Below, in pieces: positions 57,372 through 64,000 of a stretch of DNA of 64,000 nt. The stretch comes from Gemmatimonadota bacterium (GTDB taxonomy: Bacteria > Gemmatimonadota > Gemmatimonadetes > Palauibacterales > Palauibacteraceae). The DNA lies in assembly GCA_965116475.1 (NCBI GenBank), contig OZ220691.1, forward strand, positions 672,001-736,000. Direction: 5' to 3'. The notes beneath the pieces were generated by a model that worked only from the letters and a program-made list of their open reading frames with translations, was not told the origin of the DNA and did not search any database. The position numbers were made by a program, and so were the translations under genes. How positions within the stretch are numbered: the first letter of the stretch is position 1; each line of letters opens with the position of its first letter.

Positions 57372-59547
57372 CGTGTCCCTCCAGGTTCGAGTGTTGCCGG
57401 CTATCTGACCGGCGCCGGGAATCCCCCAGCAGAAGTGCAATACGTAGCGCGGGTGCGAGAGCCTCCCCGCGATATCGCAGAGTGCCGCCGCCGTCCACGA
57501 CGAAGAACTGCACCTCCCGCCAGGCGCGCAGGGCTTCCCAGACTTCGGAATGCCTGTCATACAGGAACGGGGGCATCTCCGGAGTGCCGTTCTCGGCGGC
57601 GGTCCGATCCTCGCTCCCGGAATCGGGATTGACGGTGACCAGCAACGCTCGCGCACCCGCGGCCGCCAGTTTCGATTCATTAGCCCTGAGTAGATCCAGA
57701 CTCTCCTCGGGGACGTAGCCCGGTCGAAGGGTCTGGATGATCAGCGTCACGTCGCCGCCGGTCACCTCGTGCAACGTCCTCTCTTCTCCAGAGGCAGTCT
57801 CGAGCCGGGCGCTTCCGTTGACCCACTCATCGAGCAGTGACGATGCCAGGTGCTCTCGCCATGCCGCGCGGGCTACGGCGCGAAGGGCTTCCGTCGGTGC
57901 GGTCGCCCAGTCTTCTCCCTCGGGCACGTAGGGCGCGAGCGGGATGACGGGGTCCGCCTGCGCGAGCGCCAGCAACTGGGCGGCGCGCGTCGATGACCCG
58001 GCCTCCGCGTGGAACCTCGCCAACTCCACGAACAAACGGGGATCCCAACTGAGTTCGCCGGCGCGCTCGAAGGCATCGAGCGCCCCCGCCCGGTCCCCGC
58101 GGTCCACCCGCAGCCGGCCGAGCAGCACGTGCAGGCGGGCCACACTCTCGGCAACCTCCGCCTCGAAGTTGGCTCGCGTGCCCGTCAGCGGCCGATCCGT
58201 GCCCAGCCAGTCCGGCTGCCCACTCAACTGCCGCAGGATCCACTCCTCGGCGATCGCCCCAAGAGCGGGCACCTCGGCCATGCGTTCCGTCACTTCGACA
58301 TCGAGCCGGGAATCTCGAAACACGGGATTCGCGGCGTACCTCTCAAGCCAGATTCCGGTAAGGGCAGGATCGGCCACCTCTTGGGCGAGCTGCAGCCCGA
58401 CCTGGGCCGCCGAGGGCATCGGCGCGAGCCTCCAGCTCCGGTCCAGCGCGTCCAGCTTTTCCGTGTGCGACGTTGACGACAGAAGGATCGACTCCAGCCG
58501 CACCTGCGACGCGTATTCGTGCCGTGGATGTTCGGCGGCGAGTTCGCTCCGCCAATAGGCCTCGATCTCCTCCCGGCCGAGGAGGCGGGCGTAGAGGCTC
58601 AGGGCGTACATTTCGCCCGGTTCGGAGTCTCCCTGCCGCGCCGTCGCGTCCATCCGCTCAAGACGCCGTAGATGCGCGTTCCGCGGGGTCTCTCCCGGGC
58701 CCCCGGGAGCCGCCCCCTCCTCGTACAGGAGGAGAGATGTCCATAGCTCGGGGCGCTCGGGGTACTCCGACAACCCGCGCTCGATCGTCTCAACGACCCG
58801 CCGGGGGTTCAAGCGCGAGGTGGCCAGCACCTGGTACAGGCGGGCGTCGAGCGTCGCTCGGCCCTCCGCGTCCGTCTCGAGGTACTCCCACGACCGGCCG
58901 AAATCGCTGTCAATGTAGTTTCCGTCCAGATCTTCGACGGCCGCGGCCGCGTACACGGTGCCGGGGGGCAGAGCGACCGTTCCGGAGAACACGCCGGGTT
59001 CCTCCCGGGAGAGTTCGACCACGCGGTATCCGGGTTCAGTCTGGGCGAAGCGGAGCGGGTCGGGCACCCAATAACGCAGCCGCGCCCGGAGGCCGGGCTC
59101 CACCGCCAGCGGCGAGACCGTCTCGTACTGGAGCGTGAGTGCGCCCGGTTCCTCACCGTGGAATCGCAGAGTGCTCGCACCGGCCATGGCCCGCTCGGGT
59201 CCAAGCGTCAACACGAGGACTGCCGCGATCCCTGCCACCACGAGGGCCCCTGCCGAGACGGCCAAGGGTCGGGAGGACGCAACCGGCTGCATCTGCGAAA
59301 CCACCAAAGGGATCGTGGCGGTATTGCCCGCTTTCTTCGGGTAAATCTCTTCGAACAATCCATCCGGTGGCTTCAGCGTGGGAACGGCGCGGAGTGCCGC
59401 ACTCAACTCGCGAATGAGCCGGACCTCGCGCCGGCAGACCGCACACGAACGAACGTGTAGCCGCACGGCAGTGGCCGACGGTTCGGGCAGCACCCGGTCC
59501 GCGTAGCGGTTCAGTGTCTGATCGTCGATCTGTGTGCAGGATTCCAT
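57172..59547 (-). CDS. Large zf-HC2 anti-sigma factor with TM, repeat-like and thioredoxin-like domains
   Basis: HVRSCAVC (HxxxCxxC), one TM, TPR-like helices, C-terminal AhpC/TSA-like PFLYD...FFVVDGGGTLRYRG. Directly after the ECF gene. Confidence 0.8.
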   Translation of the reverse strand: MESCTQIDDQTLNRYADRVLPEPSATAVRLHVRSCAVCRREVRLIRELSAALRAVPTLKPPDGLFEEIYPKKAGNTATIPLVVSQMQPVASSRPLAVSAGALVVAGIAAVLVLTLGPERAMAGASTLRFHGEEPGALTLQYETVSPLAVEPGLRARLRYWVPDPLRFAQTEPGYRVVELSREEPGVFSGTVALPPGTVYAAAAVEDLDGNYIDSDFGRSWEYLETDAEGRATLDARLYQVLATSRLNPRRVVETIERGLSEYPERPELWTSLLLYEEGAAPGGPGETPRNAHLRRLERMDATARQGDSEPGEMYALSLYARLLGREEIEAYWRSELAAEHPRHEYASQVRLESILLSSTSHTEKLDALDRSWRLAPMPSAAQVGLQLAQEVADPALTGIWLERYAANPVFRDSRLDVEVTERMAEVPALGAIAEEWILRQLSGQPDWLGTDRPLTGTRANFEAEVAESVARLHVLLGRLRVDRGDRAGALDAFERAGELSWDPRLFVELARFHAEAGSSTRAAQLLALAQADPVIPLAPYVPEGEDWATAPTEALRAVARAAWREHLASSLLDEWVNGSARLETASGEERTLHEVTGGDVTLIIQTLRPGYVPEESLDLLRANESKLAAAGARALLVTVNPDSGSEDRTAAENGTPEMPPFLYDRHSEVWEALRAWREVQFFVVDGGGTLRYRGEALAPALRIALLLGDSRRRSDSRQHSNLEGHDELQAFLGHGSVRGNRGGCSGHRRCGCPRRSQALRRVVYGRGVRQHIQGGLHLPGHAGAKPAAALC

Positions 59548-59558
59548 CGTACAGCTCC

Positions 59559-60092
59559 CTACTGCTCGAACAGCTCGGCGCGAAGCAGCTTCCGCGCCTT
59601 GTGCAACCGCGACTCCGAGGTCGAGCGCGAGATCTGGAGAAGCTCGGCGATCTCCTCGTGCGACCACCCCTCGATCTCCTTGAGAACGACAACGGTCCGC
59701 AGTTCCTCCGTCAGCGAAGACAGCGCTCGCTCCACTGCGATCGAGTTCAAGACGGGGATTTCCGGCGACGTGACGACCTCCCCTCCATCGGGCGCCGCCG
59801 CCATCGCAGTCTCGTCTCGTCGCCGCTCCGACCGGACGTGTCGGAGGGCGACGCGAGCCGTCACGGAACGAAGCCAGGGGCCCAGCGACCGCTTGCCATC
59901 GAAGCGCCGAAGCATCTCGGGAAGGTCGCCAAAGACATCGTGTAGTACATCCCGAGCATCGGCAGACGACTCCGTCAAACGATACGCCACAGCGAACAAC
60001 GGCTTCGCGTACTCCTCGTACAAGGACTGCAACGCACGGCGATCGCCGCGCGCCGCCCTACGCGACAATCGCCTCTCCCGGGCCGCGGTCAT
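59559..60092 (-). CDS. ECF RNA polymerase sigma factor
   Basis: GDRRALQSLY, DARDVLHDVF, WL, region 4 VVVLKEIEGWSHEEIAELL...SRLHKAR. An in-frame extension to about 60254 is possible. Confidence 0.93.
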   Translation of the reverse strand: MTAARERRLSRRAARGDRRALQSLYEEYAKPLFAVAYRLTESSADARDVLHDVFGDLPEMLRRFDGKRSLGPWLRSVTARVALRHVRSERRRDETAMAAAPDGGEVVTSPEIPVLNSIAVERALSSLTEELRTVVVLKEIEGWSHEEIAELLQISRSTSESRLHKARKLLRAELFEQ

Positions 60093-60678
60093 CAAACCGC
60101 GCGACCTCCCGCAACCAGGCGTGCCTTCTTGACTCTCTCCACGGAGAATCTCTTTCTCGTCGTCGGGCCCCTGCGCCGGAGCCGATGCTCCCGGCGTGGA
60201 TCCTCCCTCTACAGTTAATTGCCCGCCCGAGGGCAAAACTTGCATCGCGTCCATCCGGCGTTTTTCGACGAAGATGGCCCTATGCGAAGGTTTTGCAATC
60301 GATAAGTATAGCGATGGCAACACGATAGGAGTGTGGAGGCTTCGGAAACAGTCATCGGAAATTGGACGGCGCTCGCTGCCGTTGGCACCTTGGCGACGCC
60401 GTCCTCGACCCGACGTGTCGGCAGCGTTCACCACCTGCCGGTGGGGCGACACGCGGCGGCCTGCCCCGAGCTACCGGGACAGGCCGTTCGTACGCTTCGA
60501 GTGGCTCCGCAGCGAGCTGTCTTGCGTGCGCGTCTAGCCGAGACGGATCACGCCGCGGCCGGGGTCGGGTCGCATGTTTTTCTCCTTTGAGGCATGTCGT
60601 TCGTCACCGAGAGCGCGCCAGAAAACGGCGCTCCCGATAACACAAACGCCTCCGGATCGAAAAACCTTACATCACGCC

Positions 60679-61716
60679 CTACTTCGTCCAGATCACGATG
60701 GCGCCGCAGCGTGTGTCGGAGCCGCCGAACTCGGCCGGAAGCGATGCCGGGCCCTTGTATACCTCGACTCCCGCGACCTCCACCGGAAGGACGAGAGTGT
60801 GGAGGGCGACGTTGCTCACATCGACGCTGTCGAGGAATGTCTTGATGTTGCAGCCGGCGCCTGAGAACCCGGCCGACAGTCTCGTGCTGTAGAACCTCCC
60901 GTCCCGTCCCAACCGGATTCCCGACATATCGGCGATCATGTGGCTGATGCGCTGCGGCCGCCGACGCTCGATGTCGGCGGCGGTGAAGAACGTGCCTCCG
61001 CTCACGAGTTCGCCCCACAGCTTCCGCTCGTAGAACCCCTTGATCTCCAGGCGGCGGGATCTCGTCACGGTCGCGACGAGCGGCTCCATTTCGACCGGCG
61101 TGGGCACCAGCCCGATCTCCACTTCCGTGGTGAGCCCGCGCGTCACCGTCACGGCGTGGCCAAGCGGGGCGTAGCCGATGTGTCTCACTTCCAGTTCGTG
61201 CTGCCCTTCGGGGACGGCGGACAGAACGAAGGCGCCGCGCCGGTTGCTTTGGGCCTGCCGGCCCCGACCCCGGACGGATACGGCGGCCGTGGCCACGGCA
61301 TCGCCGGTCACGCCATCGTATACCCGGCCGATGATCCGCCCCGCACGGACCGTCCCGATGAGGACCCGGAGTTCCACCTCGCGTACCTCCCCGGGTTCGA
61401 AGACGACGACCGCCTGCTCGCTCGACCCGTCCCCCAACTCGGCCCACAGCGTCGCCTCCTGCGCGTCACGAGGGACGCAGAGGAAGAAGCGGCCCTGGGG
61501 ATCGGCGGCTTCGCGCACTGGCCGCCGCCTCGCCCCGTTCCAGCGGAGCACCACGGTGGCCCCCGGCAGGGCGACCGTCCCGGATTCGTCCAGGACCGCG
61601 ACGCGAAGCGAAGCCCGGTCGCCGCATTCATCCCCGTCCTGCCCGACCGCCGGAGTCACGGCGACCCCCAGCAGCGACACCACCGCGATCGTCATCGTCC
61701 GTATCACTCGCGTCAT
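60679..61716 (-). CDS. Carboxypeptidase-regulatory-like + TonB-plug domain protein
   Basis: Signal peptide and the same architecture, ending CGAIVIWTK. Confidence 0.82.
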   Translation of the reverse strand: MTRVIRTMTIAVVSLLGVAVTPAVGQDGDECGDRASLRVAVLDESGTVALPGATVVLRWNGARRRPVREAADPQGRFFLCVPRDAQEATLWAELGDGSSEQAVVVFEPGEVREVELRVLIGTVRAGRIIGRVYDGVTGDAVATAAVSVRGRGRQAQSNRRGAFVLSAVPEGQHELEVRHIGYAPLGHAVTVTRGLTTEVEIGLVPTPVEMEPLVATVTRSRRLEIKGFYERKLWGELVSGGTFFTAADIERRRPQRISHMIADMSGIRLGRDGRFYSTRLSAGFSGAGCNIKTFLDSVDVSNVALHTLVLPVEVAGVEVYKGPASLPAEFGGSDTRCGAIVIWTK

Positions 61717-61745
61717 CTCCAGTGCATGGGCAAGGCGCTCCCCGT

Positions 61746-62861
61746 CTACTTCGTCCACACCACGACGGCGCCGCAGCGCGCGTCGGACCCGCCGAACTCC
61801 GCCGGGAGCGTGGCCGGCCCCTTGTACACTTCGACGCCGACGATCTCGAACCCCCGCAGGTTCCACCCGTCACGCCACTCGACCCCATCGACGAAAACCT
61901 TCACGCTGCACGTCAGGTTCAAGAAACCCGCGCTCATGCGCCGATTCCTCGGCGACCGCCAGGTGATCCCGGGGACGTTGTTTGCCACAAGGGAGCGGAC
62001 GTCCCTGGGTCGCCACCGCTCGATGTACTCGGGTGAGAAGAAGTAGCCGTTGCCGGTCAGCTCGCCCCAGTACTTCCGTTCGTAGAACCCCTTGATCTCG
62101 AGCCGGCGCAGTCTCGCCACGGTCGCCACGATCGGCTCCATCTCCACGGGCGTCGGCACGAGGCCGATGTCCACCTCCGTCGTGACGCCCGGCGTTACGT
62201 CGATCCGATGGCGGAGCGGGGCGTAGCCGATGCGTCGCACCTCCAGGTGACGCACGCCGGGCCGCACGTCGCTGAGGATGAACCTGCCCTGTCGGTTGCT
62301 CGCAGCTTCCGGCGCGTGACCGGTCACGGATACCGCCGCCGTGGCCACGGGGTTTTCCGTCAGCGCATCGTACACGCGGCCGATGAGGCGCCCCCGGCGA
62401 ACTTCGGACAGGAGCACCCGGAGTTCGACCTCCCGCACCTCTCCGGGCGCGAGGGCCACGGTCGCCTGTTCGCTCGAATCGTCGCCCAGTTCCGCCCACA
62501 GCACCGCTTCTTTCGCCTCCTCAGGGGCGCAGAGCAGGAAGCGCCCCTCCGGCCCGGCCGTTTCTCGCAGCGGCATCTCCTCGACGTCGGACCAGTGGAC
62601 CACGAGCATGGCGCCGGGGATCGGGATGTTGCCCGACTCGTCGACGACCGTCACCTGAAGGGAAGGCCGGTCCCGGCAACCGTCGTCCTGCCCCAGGACC
62701 GGGCCGGTCGACGCCGCGAGGAGGAGGGAGAAGAAGAAGAAGAGGGAGATGATGCGGCAGGTTCGCCGCGGGCGGCGTGGTTCGTAACGGGGAACTCCGG
62801 GTTCGTTGCCCAAGGCCGTTCCTTTCGCTCTGTCCCGCGCGGGTGCGCCCGGGCAGGACAC
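61746..62861 (-). CDS. Carboxypeptidase-regulatory-like + TonB-plug domain protein
   Basis: Same architecture, ending CGAVVVWTK. Confidence 0.82.
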   Translation of the reverse strand: MSCPGAPARDRAKGTALGNEPGVPRYEPRRPRRTCRIISLFFFFSLLLAASTGPVLGQDDGCRDRPSLQVTVVDESGNIPIPGAMLVVHWSDVEEMPLRETAGPEGRFLLCAPEEAKEAVLWAELGDDSSEQATVALAPGEVREVELRVLLSEVRRGRLIGRVYDALTENPVATAAVSVTGHAPEAASNRQGRFILSDVRPGVRHLEVRRIGYAPLRHRIDVTPGVTTEVDIGLVPTPVEMEPIVATVARLRRLEIKGFYERKYWGELTGNGYFFSPEYIERWRPRDVRSLVANNVPGITWRSPRNRRMSAGFLNLTCSVKVFVDGVEWRDGWNLRGFEIVGVEVYKGPATLPAEFGGSDARCGAVVVWTK

Positions 62862-62872
62862 ACGCCTCCAGG

Positions 62873-62902
62873 ATACGACGCCGCCAGTGGGCCCGGCGTC
62901 AC
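62873..62902 (-). promoter_or_regulatory. Variant putative ECF promoter (GTGACG-N17-GTCGTAT)
   Basis: Same spacing, upstream of the 62861 gene. Confidence 0.5.
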
Positions 62903-62903
62903 A

Positions 62904-64000
62904 TCAGTGGTAGAAGACGTTGACCAGGGCGAGGGGGATCGCCGGCACGTACGTCACCAACAGCAGGACGGCGACGAGGACGGCGACGAAGCGGAGGTTG
63001 ACCTTGCTCACCTCCCAGATGTCCGCCTTGGCGACGGAGCAGGCGGTCACGAGCACGCTCGCCACCGGCGGCGTCTGCTGGCCGATGCCGAGGTTGAGGG
63101 TGACGACGAGGCCGAAGTGCACCGGGTCGATCCCCGCCGCGCGCACGAGCGGCATCACGATGGGGACGACGAGGATGATCGCCGCGGCCGAGTGCAGGAA
63201 GAGGCCGATGACGAGGAAGAAGACGTTGAGCAGCGCGAGGATGAGCCACTTGTTCTCGGTGAGCCCCATGATCCCGGCCGCGACCTGCTGTGGGAGCCGC
63301 TGTTCGGTGAGGTAGTCGCCGAGCAGGGCGGAGGTGGCGACGAGGAGCATGACGACGGCCGTCTGCACGCCGCCTTCGAGCATCGCCTCGCGCAGGTGGG
63401 CGAGGTCGAGTTCCCGGTAGATGAGCCCGCCCACGACGAGCGACGCGACGACGGCGAGCCCGGCCCCCTCGGTCGCCGTCACCCAGCCGCTGAAGATCCC
63501 GCCGAGGATGATCGCGGGCAGGAGGAGGGCCCATCCCGCCTCGCGCGCCGTCGTCCACACGCGGCGGAGTTCGAACCGCCCTTCCACGGGGAAGTCGTGG
63601 CGGCGGGCGTAGAGCCACGCGACGAACATGAGCAGCAGTCCGCCGAGCACCCCGGGCACGATGCCGGCGACGAACAGCTCGACGACCGAGGCCTCGGCCA
63701 TGACGCCGTACAGGATCATGGGGATGGACGGGGGGATGATGACGGCGAGCGTGGCCGAAGAGGACGTCACGGCCGCGGCGAACGGCGTCCGGTAGCCGCG
63801 TTTCTTCATGGCGGGGATGAGGATGGAGCCGAGCGCGGCGACATCGGCCACGGCGGAGCCCGAGATCTCCGCGAAGAAGAGCGAGGCGGAGATGCCGACC
63901 ATCGCGAGGCCGCCGCGGATGAACCCGACGAGCGCGGAGGCGAAGGCGATGAGCCGGCGCGAGATCCCGGTCGCGTTCATGATCGCGCCCGCGAGGATGA
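62904..64000 (-). CDS. dctM: TRAP transporter large permease (5' end outside the window)
   Basis: ISGSAVAD, IIPPSIPMI, TATEGA, GIDPVHFG, TPPV. Confidence 0.93.
   Translation of the reverse strand, partial: ILAGAIMNATGISRRLIAFASALVGFIRGGLAMVGISASLFFAEISGSAVADVAALGSILIPAMKKRGYRTPFAAAVTSSSATLAVIIPPSIPMILYGVMAEASVVELFVAGIVPGVLGGLLLMFVAWLYARRHDFPVEGRFELRRVWTTAREAGWALLLPAIILGGIFSGWVTATEGAGLAVVASLVVGGLIYRELDLAHLREAMLEGGVQTAVVMLLVATSALLGDYLTEQRLPQQVAAGIMGLTENKWLILALLNVFFLVIGLFLHSAAAIILVVPIVMPLVRAAGIDPVHFGLVVTLNLGIGQQTPPVASVLVTACSVAKADIWEVSKVNLRFVAVLVAVLLLVTYVPAIPLALVNVFYH

Noticed and set aside
60255-60678. Short ORFs and possible promoters between the ECF gene and the upstream plug-only gene
   Set aside because: No convincing protein motif and no match to the GTGACC-N17-GTCCATAC consensus. 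Possibly another remnant, but I cannot support it.
1-64000. tRNA or rRNA genes
   Set aside because: None recognised by eye. tRNAscan-SE or Infernal would be needed to exclude them formally.

Overview
High-GC bacterial DNA. Gene content and protein style suggest a Gemmatimonadota genome, possibly a Palauibacter-like marine or host-associated lineage (inference, not verified). Bases 1-35.6 kb are mostly housekeeping and catabolic genes: comEC (partial), a LapA-like gene, miaB, an outer-membrane barrel, cdd, alr, mazG, hydrolases and peptidases, PLP enzymes, a cold-shock protein, an AlbA/RecG-C protein, a TctCBA-PrpD-CocE operon, a VapC pseudogene and a tandem MBL-fold pair. From 35.7 kb, and above all in 41.0-62.9 kb, lies an accessory envelope region with every gene on the minus strand. 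It has (i) three cassettes that each link a small signal-peptide-bearing Cys-rich peptide to a 6-bladed beta-propeller lipoprotein and a thioredoxin-fold protein; (ii) at least seven intact or broken copies of a 'carboxypeptidase-regulatory + TonB-plug, no barrel' protein; (iii) an ECF sigma factor with an unusually large zf-HC2 anti-sigma carrying repeat-like and thioredoxin-like domains; and (iv) a conserved GTGACC-N17-GTCCATAC motif upstream of five units, plus one variant, which looks like the promoter of that ECF. The region is turning over by duplication, internal deletion, a micro-inversion and IS3 insertion. The best candidate for an undescribed system is this putative ECF-controlled peptide/propeller/plug-only regulon. 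All family calls come from motif recognition by eye; no searches were run.
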